Assembly: GCA_002422535.1 (NCBI GenBank) | Contig: DIVY01000017.1 | Coordinates: 15,176-79,175, forward strand | Length of the DNA stretch: 64,000 bases | Source: Bacillales bacterium UBA6120 | GTDB taxonomy: Bacteria; Bacillota_I; Bacilli_A; RFN20; CAG-826 | Direction of reading: 5' to 3' | Shown: positions 1 through 8,616 of the stretch, piece by piece | Layout: each line of letters opens with the position of its first letter | Position numbering within the stretch: the stretch's first letter is position 1 | Notes under the pieces: generated by a model | Databases searched by the model: none | What the model was told of the DNA's origin: nothing | The model's input: only the letters and a program-made list of their open reading frames with translations | Position numbers and translations under genes: made by a program

Positions 1-38
1 GGGATCAACCAATCAGGTTTTTGAAAGGATAGAAAAAA

Positions 39-1739
39 ATGAAACAATTAAATAACGATAATGCTGCTAATCGAACTAGTTATGTTGGACATGTTTATAA
101 CGTGGGGGAAAAAGAATATAAGAAAAGAATTCTTGATGGTCTACCAAAAGAATGGGCGGATTTACATCGTACCGGAGCAATCCACATTCATGATTTGGAC
201 GCCTATGATCTTACCTATAATTGTTTGACTTTTGATATACTTCAAAACTTCCCTTATGATGAGTTTCGAAGTCTAAGTGGTGCTGGTCAAATACTACATT
301 TATTCGATTGGTTTAAAAACCTTTTTACTACATTAGGAAACGAGCAATCAGGGGGAATGGCTTTTGCAAACTTTGATAATGAGGTGGCCACAATTCTTGA
401 AAACCTAGGCATCGATTTTCATCACCACCAAGAGCTGATTGAAGCATCTATTGCCGAGTTAATTCTTTGGTGTAATGGGAACCACTCGAGGATGGGTCAA
501 ACAAGTTACTATGTTTCCTTAAATCTTGGCTTAGCGAATTCAGAAGTCGCTAGATTCATCGCTCGGACAGTCATTAACAAATTCGAATCATTAGGAGAAA
601 AGGTTTTTAAGCCCAATATTGTCTTTAAGGTAGTTGAAGGAATAAATGCATCCCAAGGCAATCCTAATTTTGATTTACTGGAATTAGCCTTACGATGCAG
701 CGCAAAAAAAATGATTCCTACCTATCTTCTTTGTGATTGCAAAGAGGACCGAGATACCGATCCCCATAAATTGTCAGTCATGGGCTGCCGCACACGAGTA
801 GTGGCAAATCTATTTGGAGAAGACGGAGCGATTGGAAGAGGAAACATTTCTAATATTTCCATCAACCTTCCTCGCATTGCCCTGAAGATCGATGAAAGTC
901 ATCCAGAATTATCTTTTGAAGATAAGATGGACCTATTCTTTAAAAAATGGGATCAAGTGGCAATGACAACAAAGGATATTCTTTTGGATCGTTATCAAAA
1001 GCTATGCCAACGGGATGCCGATGATTTTCCAACAAATCTTAGTCATAAGCTCTGGTGTGTCGATTTTATAGAAAAAGAAAATTTAGAAAAAGTGTTTAAA
1101 CACGGAACATTGGCATTAGGTTTTATTGGAATAAGCGAAGCAATCGAAGTTCTTTTCGGGAAGAAATATTATTCAAACATGAATACCTACATTGCCACGC
1201 TTGGATTCATCAAACATATGAGGGACTATTGCGATTTTCTAAAAAATGAATACAAACTAAATTTTTCCCTACTAGCCACTAGCGGTGAATTGATTAGTGG
1301 TAGATTCATCGACTACGATAAAGAACTTTTCAAACCACGGGTAGATATTTTCTCAAAGGGATACTACACGAATTCATTCCATGTAGATGTCGATAGTGGG
1401 CTGCCTGGATATAAAAAAATCCAACTAGAGGGATTGTTTCATGAATACTGCAATGGGGGTTCGATTACCTATGTTGAACTTGGAGAAGCTCCATTGGAGA
1501 ATGTAGAGGGATTAAGAGAATACATTGAGATTGCCACGAAGGCTGGCGTTCATTATTTGGGCTTCAATTTTCCAAAGGATGTATGTAATTTTTGCGGTAC
1601 CTCTGGTGTATTCGATTACTGCCCCAGTTGTAACAGTAAAGATATCACCAGAATCAGAAGAGTATCCGGTTATCTTGAAATTCTTGATGGCTTTACAAAA
1701 GGAAAAATAGCTGAAGAAAAAAACCGGAAGAAGAATTGA
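39..1739 (+). CDS. nrdD: anaerobic ribonucleoside-triphosphate reductase (class III RNR), compact 566-aa form
   Basis: C-terminal glycyl-radical motif RRVSGYL preceded by a Zn-ribbon CNFCG...CPSCN. The ORF has full length in one frame. Its TGA stop overlaps the next ATG (TGAATG). Confidence 0.85.
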   Translation: MKQLNNDNAANRTSYVGHVYNVGEKEYKKRILDGLPKEWADLHRTGAIHIHDLDAYDLTYNCLTFDILQNFPYDEFRSLSGAGQILHLFDWFKNLFTTLGNEQSGGMAFANFDNEVATILENLGIDFHHHQELIEASIAELILWCNGNHSRMGQTSYYVSLNLGLANSEVARFIARTVINKFESLGEKVFKPNIVFKVVEGINASQGNPNFDLLELALRCSAKKMIPTYLLCDCKEDRDTDPHKLSVMGCRTRVVANLFGEDGAIGRGNISNISINLPRIALKIDESHPELSFEDKMDLFFKKWDQVAMTTKDILLDRYQKLCQRDADDFPTNLSHKLWCVDFIEKENLEKVFKHGTLALGFIGISEAIEVLFGKKYYSNMNTYIATLGFIKHMRDYCDFLKNEYKLNFSLLATSGELISGRFIDYDKELFKPRVDIFSKGYYTNSFHVDVDSGLPGYKKIQLEGLFHEYCNGGSITYVELGEAPLENVEGLREYIEIATKAGVHYLGFNFPKDVCNFCGTSGVFDYCPSCNSKDITRIRRVSGYLEILDGFTKGKIAEEKNRKKN

Positions 1740-2255
1740 ATGAAATATTACATTTCGGATTTGCATTTAGGCGATACGCTAGTGTTTAAGTTGTGTGGAA
1801 GAGAAATCACTATTGAACAATTCAATGACCTAATTATCAATAATTGGAATCGTGTCGTGCAAGAAGATGACGAAGTATATATTCTTGGGGATCTAGCGAA
1901 TGAAGAATACAAGGATTGCATCATTTGCCTACGACAACTCTATGGTAATAAGCATCTGATTATTGGAAATCATGACATCGAACTCCTTGAAGATGAAGCA
2001 TTTCGAATCCAATTGCAGAAGATAATGTCGATTAAACACGAAGACCTTATCGAAGATAGTGGTCGACTTGTCTTCCTTAGTCATTATCTACTCCTAGACT
2101 GGTCAGAATGCCATCGAGGAAGTTACCTGATTTATGGACGCATACACAACAAGTCCATACCAGAAATTAAGTCATTTTATAATTATAAACCTGCATTCAA
2201 TGCTAGCACTGATGTGACTGGATTCATACCGCAGACCCTTGATGAATTAATGTGA
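1740..2255 (+). CDS. calcineurin-like metallophosphoesterase (occupies the position where the NrdG activase is usually found)
   Basis: Motifs ISDLHLGD, ILGDL and IIGNHD fit the metallophosphatase motifs I-III. There is no CxxxCxxC radical-SAM cluster motif. It is translationally coupled to nrdD. Confidence 0.65.
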   Translation: MKYYISDLHLGDTLVFKLCGREITIEQFNDLIINNWNRVVQEDDEVYILGDLANEEYKDCIICLRQLYGNKHLIIGNHDIELLEDEAFRIQLQKIMSIKHEDLIEDSGRLVFLSHYLLLDWSECHRGSYLIYGRIHNKSIPEIKSFYNYKPAFNASTDVTGFIPQTLDELM

Positions 2256-2274
2256 TTAAAGGAGGCAAACAAAG

Positions 2275-2862
2275 ATGAACCATATATCAATTGAAGGCAT
2301 GGATGGCGTTGGCAAATCAACTACATGCAAATTATTGGCCGTTCGTCTCGGATATCAATTTGTTGAAAAACCCCTTCATTACCTACTTGACGACCATGAT
2401 GAAGAGATTACCCAATATCAAAAGGTCGCCAAGCGTGTGAATTCAAATAATAATCGTACCTTCACAGCTTGGTACTATGGTTTGAACAATATCTATCTTT
2501 ACGAAAAATTTAAAGGAATTAACATCGTCACTGATCGGCATATTGTTTCCAATTACTGCTGGAGTGGTACGAAAGACAATGTCGATATCTATCGATTGAT
2601 TTTAAATAAAATTGGAAAACCCAAACTAACGGTAATACTTTACGCTAGGCCAGAAGTCATAACCGAACGACTAACTCAAAGAAACGTGTGTGATTCTGAT
2701 ATTGCAAAAGTCGCTCTTAGCGAAGCGGCATACGAAAAGATGATCTATTTTTGCGAGAGGATGAAAATCAATTATGCCGTCGTGGATACAAGTGACAAAG
2801 TGGTTGAGGAAGTCGTCGAAGAAATCATCAGAAAAGTCATGGAGGTAAATAAAGATGAATAG
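2275..2862 (+). CDS. P-loop nucleotide kinase, thymidylate kinase (Tmk)/deoxynucleoside kinase-like
   Basis: N-terminal ISIEGMDGVGKST Walker A. VTDRHIVSNYCW matches the Tmk DRY region. PKLTVILYARPEVITERL matches the Tmk lid. SD AAGGAGG lies upstream. The stop overlaps the next start (ATGAATAG). Confidence 0.7.
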   Translation: MNHISIEGMDGVGKSTTCKLLAVRLGYQFVEKPLHYLLDDHDEEITQYQKVAKRVNSNNNRTFTAWYYGLNNIYLYEKFKGINIVTDRHIVSNYCWSGTKDNVDIYRLILNKIGKPKLTVILYARPEVITERLTQRNVCDSDIAKVALSEAAYEKMIYFCERMKINYAVVDTSDKVVEEVVEEIIRKVMEVNKDE

Positions 2863-5311
2863 CATTGAAACATATCGATTATCCCGAGATATGAAGTATG
2901 AAGCTCTCTATTGGTCTTTAGGGTTTGAAGAATTAGTCACATCAATTTTCACGAAAAAGTACCGTTCAGATCTGATTGCCATAATCGATGTTGATAAACA
3001 AGTTGTAGATTTTTCCGGAAGAATATCGATTATCAATGGCGATGCCTTAAAACTCAATACACACAAAAGCTTTGTGGTACTTGAATGCATCGACAAACTT
3101 TTGTCAATGGGGTATGTCCCAAACGAAATTATTGTTGATTTAAACAATGAGTACGACGTTTTTTTGAATGGCATCTACATTAAGTGTGATGAATGGAGTC
3201 AAAAATTGACCGCAGATGTTATAGTATCACCGGGAACATTTCTTTCGATAAGGTATCAATCTCGACTCGTTAGCGGAGTCATCGAAAGAAAAACCTTGAT
3301 TAATGATGGTTCGGGCTCGTTATTCCAATTCGGAATATTCGAAAACGAGACGAAGCTAGAAAAATACAAATTGTACAACTCATATGAAATTCAAAGCGAT
3401 GACTTTCTAATCAATGGCGGAGTCGCAACAAAATACATTGGTACATCTTCAAAAGCTTTTGTTCCCGAAGGTGTTCGAGAACTGGCGTCCTGTCTTTTTT
3501 GGGATAACCCGACGATTGAAGAAGTAGTTTTACCCGAATCATTGGTGGATCTTGGTGGGGATACGTTCTTTAATTGCGTCAATCTAAAAACAATCACCAT
3601 CCCCCATAATGTTAAGTTCATGGGTAACAATCCATTTGCAGGTTGTATTAATATCCAAATTCAAAACAATTCTCCTTATTTTCATTTAGAAAACGGCGCT
3701 TTGTATAATTGGAATTACAATAAAATCATTTTTTATTCGCCTAGTAACAAAGAACAAAAATACCTAATCAAAGATGGCACGAGAATCGTCGGAAAACATT
3801 CCTTCTATCTATGCAATAACCTTGAATGTGTAAAAATTCCTACCTCTGTCATTAAATTAGAAAATAACCCATTTTCGGGTTGTGAAAAACTTGATCTAAT
3901 AAACGGATCTGACTATTACCATGTAATTGATAAAGTAATTTATAACAGGGAAATGGACACGATTACGGGTTGCCTTAACTCCATCAGTTGCCCTGAATTA
4001 ATACTTCAAAACGTAAAACGAATTGGGAGAAATTCTTTTTGGAACTGCAAAGGACTGATAAATGTCGTCATTCCAAAGACACTAGAAGTTATAGGCTATA
4101 ATCCATTCGTTGGATGTTCGAATATCGAGTTTGAATCGCTTTCGTCAAAGTTTGTAGTCGAGAATCATGCTTTATTCATTGAGGATAAAAGCAAACTGAT
4201 TTGTTATCCACCAAAATACGCGGTAGGAGAAGTATTTTTACCAGATGAAGTCATAACTCTCGAACGTGGGGCGTTTTCAGGATGCGATAAGATGACTAAT
4301 ATCAATTTGCATAATGTGGCAGTCATAAGCAAAACCTGTTTCACTAATTGCCTCAATTTGGAAAAGATTTACTGTTCAGATATGGTTTCTTATATTGGCG
4401 AATGGGCGTTTGCTCATTGCCAAAACCTTAAAGAAATCTCGGTTTATAAGGATTGTTATCTCGATAAGAACTTGACATTGAATTCTACTGCAAGAATAGA
4501 AATCAGAAAAGAAAGAACAAACTATATCGTTGAATCAGATAATCTTTTCACTTTTAATTCGATGACAAGAAGTTATACAGGAAAAATTAAGTCAATATTG
4601 ATCGACCCACCATATAACACGAGAATTGATGCAATTGGTTACCAAGATCAGGGATTTTCTGGGGGATATTGTACATTCATGAAAAAACGCATCGAATTAT
4701 GTCATGTATTACTATCAGAAGATGGCTTTTTAGTAATTAACATCGATAAAGGTGAAGTACATGAGTTATCTAGGTTATGCAATTATGTCTTTGGACATAA
4801 AGCGAAAATCTATAAATGGGAAAAACTTCATCCCCTATTTGATAAAAACAGGAATGTTAATCCAAGAAAGAAATTGGTTAAATATGAATACATTATCCTC
4901 ATTTCAAAGAAGAAAAAAACAAGGCTTAATTTGATTTCAAAACCTTTGATTGTAAAAGGTAAAATCAAAGAAAAATGGAAGAAAATTCCCAAAATTCTTC
5001 GATGTTTTGGCACCACTTCTTCTGCGAAAGATGAAATCGAAGAAATTTTTGGCACACGGGATTACTTTTCTACCCCTAAGCCCGTGAAACTAATGAAAGA
5101 ACTGATCAGAGCAACGACTACAAAAGATTCGTTAATATGCGATTTCTTCGCCGGAAGCGGAACAGTGGGACAGGCTACAATTGAACTAAATCAGGAGGAT
5201 TGTGGGAAACGACAGTATATTCTCGTTAGTAACTCCGAGAATAATATCTGCCAAGAGGTGACACTAAAACGAATCCAAAAAAAAGATCCAAGTGTTGTTT
5301 TTCTTCGATGA
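2855..5311 (+). CDS. fusion protein: unknown N-terminal domain, BspA-type leucine-rich repeats (LRR_5) and a C-terminal beta-class N6A/N4C DNA methyltransferase domain
   Basis: Repeats of the form IPxxVxxIGxNPFxGCxNL span roughly aa 230-560 (e.g. TITIPHNVKFMGNNPFAGC, CVKIPTSVIKLENNPFSGC, VVIPKTLEVIGYNPFVGC, GAFSGCDKMTNINL, GEWAFAHCQNLKEISV). The C-terminal domain carries motif IV ILIDPPYN, FSTPKPVKLMKELI and motif I DFFAGSGTVGQA, in the IV-then-I order typical of Mod/beta-class MTases. There is no signal peptide. Confidence 0.8.
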   Translation: MNSIETYRLSRDMKYEALYWSLGFEELVTSIFTKKYRSDLIAIIDVDKQVVDFSGRISIINGDALKLNTHKSFVVLECIDKLLSMGYVPNEIIVDLNNEYDVFLNGIYIKCDEWSQKLTADVIVSPGTFLSIRYQSRLVSGVIERKTLINDGSGSLFQFGIFENETKLEKYKLYNSYEIQSDDFLINGGVATKYIGTSSKAFVPEGVRELASCLFWDNPTIEEVVLPESLVDLGGDTFFNCVNLKTITIPHNVKFMGNNPFAGCINIQIQNNSPYFHLENGALYNWNYNKIIFYSPSNKEQKYLIKDGTRIVGKHSFYLCNNLECVKIPTSVIKLENNPFSGCEKLDLINGSDYYHVIDKVIYNREMDTITGCLNSISCPELILQNVKRIGRNSFWNCKGLINVVIPKTLEVIGYNPFVGCSNIEFESLSSKFVVENHALFIEDKSKLICYPPKYAVGEVFLPDEVITLERGAFSGCDKMTNINLHNVAVISKTCFTNCLNLEKIYCSDMVSYIGEWAFAHCQNLKEISVYKDCYLDKNLTLNSTARIEIRKERTNYIVESDNLFTFNSMTRSYTGKIKSILIDPPYNTRIDAIGYQDQGFSGGYCTFMKKRIELCHVLLSEDGFLVINIDKGEVHELSRLCNYVFGHKAKIYKWEKLHPLFDKNRNVNPRKKLVKYEYIILISKKKKTRLNLISKPLIVKGKIKEKWKKIPKILRCFGTTSSAKDEIEEIFGTRDYFSTPKPVKLMKELIRATTTKDSLICDFFAGSGTVGQATIELNQEDCGKRQYILVSNSENNICQEVTLKRIQKKDPSVVFLR

Positions 5312-5555
5312 ATGTGTCTAATTACATGGTTTGCAATGTCTGGTTAGAGGTTTCTAATGAAATAAATCAAAAACAAAAATGAAATATATAATTTATAATA
5401 TATCAATTCGAATATATCATCTTTTTTAGTGAAGAAAAGATAGTGATTAGCAAAACCAAGTTATAGTTTCAATATAAAGCATGTTATAAAAAAGGCTAAG
5501 TAGTGGTTTTTAAAAAAATAGGAAAATATTTAATCGATTAATAAGAGGAGTTAGC

Positions 5556-6743
5556 ATGGATTATTTGCGGAACCACTATATCCCAAAATTTCTGTTGAAA
5601 AACTTTTCAGAAAAGGCCGAGAATGGAAAGTGGAAAATAAATTATATAAATCTCGGTTCTCGAAAAGTAGAACGGCGAAATCTTAAGGCAGTTTTTGCCC
5701 AGAATAATTTTTATGATATTCCGAGTGCTTCTGACACGAAGATACTCGAGAAACGCTTCAATTTGAAAATCGAAACTCCAATGGCTCAAATTGTGGACAA
5801 GATTATCAGTTCTAACGAAGGATACATCACAATTACAAGGAAAGAACTGGGAATAATAAAGAAATTCATTCTGATTCAGATGTATAGAAATCCAGCGAAT
5901 CAAGGTCAATATCAAAATGCTTCAGAAAAGGACTCATTCACATTCTCAAAAGCTTTCAAGAAAGAATCAGAAACGGATATTGATTATTGGAAACGGGAAA
6001 TGCTTTATGTGATTGAGCAATAATGGGATACGTTAATTACTCAAACTGATATGCCAGGAGTTCACCAGGTTGCCAACAATATCTTTACCGGGTATTTGAC
6101 TTTCTTCACAACACAAAATGAATTTATATTAGCTGATGTTCCGGTTTTTTCTGAGCGATTTCCTATGGAAATTCAAAAAAATCAGGAAGCCGATTTCATC
6201 AAATATGCTAGAGAATCTAGCAGGTCAAGAGGACTGAGTGAAGAACAAGCAGAAGCTAACATGAGAAAAGAGATACGTGAAAAATCAAGTTACATTGAAA
6301 ATTTCTTTGTCGTGGTACTTGCTCCTGGTCTTGCAATAGCTGTAATAAATGTGATTTGGAAGTTGCATTATCTTTATGATGGTCTTAATGGTCGTTTACA
6401 TAGTCCTATTTTAGGTAATCCAAAAAACCTAAAACTACCTCAAACCTATTATGCTAATAAACACATGATAAAGTATGAGGACGAAATCAAAAAATATAAG
6501 AATCCCAAAGATCAATATAGATACAATCTAATTCCATTAACTCAGCAAGAGACCGACTATCTTATGACTCTTTCACTCAACGAAAGTAGATTATTTATCG
6601 GTTTTAAAAACAAAGAAAGCATTCTTCGACAAGTCACTATTTACAACCGCTTGACAAAAAAAGAGTTAATTAACTTAAAAATCAATTTGCAGGATATTCC
6701 AAATCTAATTAATAATTTCAATTATGAGCGTGATAAGGGTTAA
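5556..6743 (+). pseudogene. DUF4238-family gene (Rst_DUF4238-like single-gene defence family) interrupted by one in-frame TAA at 6021-6023; ORFs 5556-6023 and 6051-6743 share a frame
   Basis: N-terminal HYIPKFLLKNF matches, from memory, the HY(V/I)P(Q/K)FYL(K/R)NF start of DUF4238. Both ORFs are in the same frame and are separated only by TAA plus 9 sense codons. The combined length is about 395 aa. An AT-rich promoter region and an RBS (AGAGGAG) lie upstream. Confidence 0.55.
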
Positions 6744-6930
6744 TCATATCATCATCTTTCAGCCATTCAGCGATTGATGGTTGCTAAAAACATTTCTTTT
6801 AGCATAAAATCAACTTAACGCTATTAAATTATTTGTCTCTTTTTCTTTTTTTTATGCTATACCTTTTAGCATATCCCCATTGTTAACCATACACCCCATA
6901 AGCGGGAGACAGCATTCATAGGAGGAATAT

Positions 6931-8568
6931 ATGTTTAAGAAGATGAATGTCGTTATCACTTCAATTGTGATGACGCTTAGCGTGCTTCTAAGTCTTTTTG
7001 TTTTGTATACGCCAGTTCCTACTGCTGATTCATCTGGATTCAGCGCGGTCCAGGCGGCTTCCTACATTAGTGAGATATCGAAAACACCACATGCCACTAG
7101 TGATGAACTTGAACATGAACGCGTGCGTTTATATTTGAAAGATACACTTTCGGAATTTGTCGGTGCTTCTAATGTGGTGGAGATGAACTACGCGAAAGAA
7201 GATGTCGATCCCGATTGTGAATATGACATTAAAAACTTACTAGCGACGATTCAGGGTACCTCGGATACTGGTATCATGCTAGTTGCCCATTACGACTCAC
7301 GGGGACATATTGGTCGCTCAGGCGAACTTGGTCGATCGTATGGCGCTGCTGATGATGGCTATGGTCTCGCGACGATGTTAGAGATTGCGCGTCTATATGG
7401 TAATCGAGACTTGTCAAACTCCATTTATCTGTTAATGACGGATGGAGAAGAGACGGGATTATATGGAGCCATCATGGCGGCGCAAGAAACGGCTTTGATG
7501 GATAAGATTGGCTTCGTGATTAATATTGAAGCGCGTGGCATTCAAGGCGCCGCTTATATGTTTGAGACTTCCACCAATAACAATAAAGTCATCGATTTCT
7601 ATCAACAAGCGAAACTTGAAGTGTCGTATAGCTTGGCTACGGCAGTATATACGGTGATGCCAAATATGACGGACTTTACCGCTTTCTTAGCCGTAGGCAA
7701 ACAAGGTGTGAACTTCGCAGTTCTCGATGGACTTAATTACTACCATTCACCTCTCGACAACTACGATAATATTGACCTGTCTTCCATCCAACATTACGGA
7801 AGCCAAATATTGCCAATGGTGGAAGAATTTGTCACCAATAGCGCTTACTCTGATGTCAATTATTTTGTCGGTACCCAAAATAGTGTCTTCTTTACCTTAT
7901 TACCAAATGTATTTGTGTCATATTCGGAAACCATGGCCATTATTATTAACATGCTTTTACTAGTTACTTTCATTGGTCTAGTGGTCTTTCTCGTCTTAAA
8001 AAAACAAGTCAAGTTACTCGCACTATTAAAGAACTTGGGATTTGTATTTGGTTCGCTTATTGTTACGGCAGTTATTGGACTATTCATCTCGAAGCTCATT
8101 GCCTTTATCGGAAGTGTTCCTTGGTCCATTACTTATGTAAGAATGCAAGGAACGGAACTTCCAACCATTTTAGTGATGCTTGGAACAATCCTAGGCTTCT
8201 CGTTCTTGATTCATCGGTTTATGAAACATAAAGAAGCGAAAGTATCGTTAATGCTTTCAGGTATCTTCCTTAATTTACTGTTAGCAACAGTAACGGGCTT
8301 TATTCTTTCAGGCGCCAGTTTCTTATTCATGATTCCCGCTTTAGTGGGCTTAATTGCTTTAATCGTTGATACCTTTGTTAAAAACAGGATTGTTAAGCAT
8401 GTGGCTTTTAGTCAAACTATCATTTGGAATGTGCTCATGATGATTCCCATTCTTTTCTCCTTATTCCTTTCCTTAACCGTGGGTGGTCTATTAGCGCTAC
8501 TCATCATTCAAACTTTATTCATGAGTGTGATGTTACCTTCGATCTTCTTACAACTAGAACTTAAATAA
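6931..8568 (+). CDS. membrane-anchored M28-family Zn aminopeptidase with a C-terminal polytopic membrane domain
   Basis: M28 metal-ligand motifs LVAHYDS, GAADDGYG and TDGEETGLYGA. An N-terminal TM is followed by 8 or more C-terminal TM segments. RBS AGGAGG. Confidence 0.8.
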   Translation: MFKKMNVVITSIVMTLSVLLSLFVLYTPVPTADSSGFSAVQAASYISEISKTPHATSDELEHERVRLYLKDTLSEFVGASNVVEMNYAKEDVDPDCEYDIKNLLATIQGTSDTGIMLVAHYDSRGHIGRSGELGRSYGAADDGYGLATMLEIARLYGNRDLSNSIYLLMTDGEETGLYGAIMAAQETALMDKIGFVINIEARGIQGAAYMFETSTNNNKVIDFYQQAKLEVSYSLATAVYTVMPNMTDFTAFLAVGKQGVNFAVLDGLNYYHSPLDNYDNIDLSSIQHYGSQILPMVEEFVTNSAYSDVNYFVGTQNSVFFTLLPNVFVSYSETMAIIINMLLLVTFIGLVVFLVLKKQVKLLALLKNLGFVFGSLIVTAVIGLFISKLIAFIGSVPWSITYVRMQGTELPTILVMLGTILGFSFLIHRFMKHKEAKVSLMLSGIFLNLLLATVTGFILSGASFLFMIPALVGLIALIVDTFVKNRIVKHVAFSQTIIWNVLMMIPILFSLFLSLTVGGLLALLIIQTLFMSVMLPSIFLQLELK

Positions 8569-8616
8569 CGAGCGATAGTTTCAATGATATTTCTCTAAAT
8601 CGTGTAAAATAAGCAC

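Noticed and set aside
1512-1766. Small ORFs on both strands within the 3' end of nrdD
   Set aside because: They are embedded in a well-supported conserved CDS and have no independent signals.
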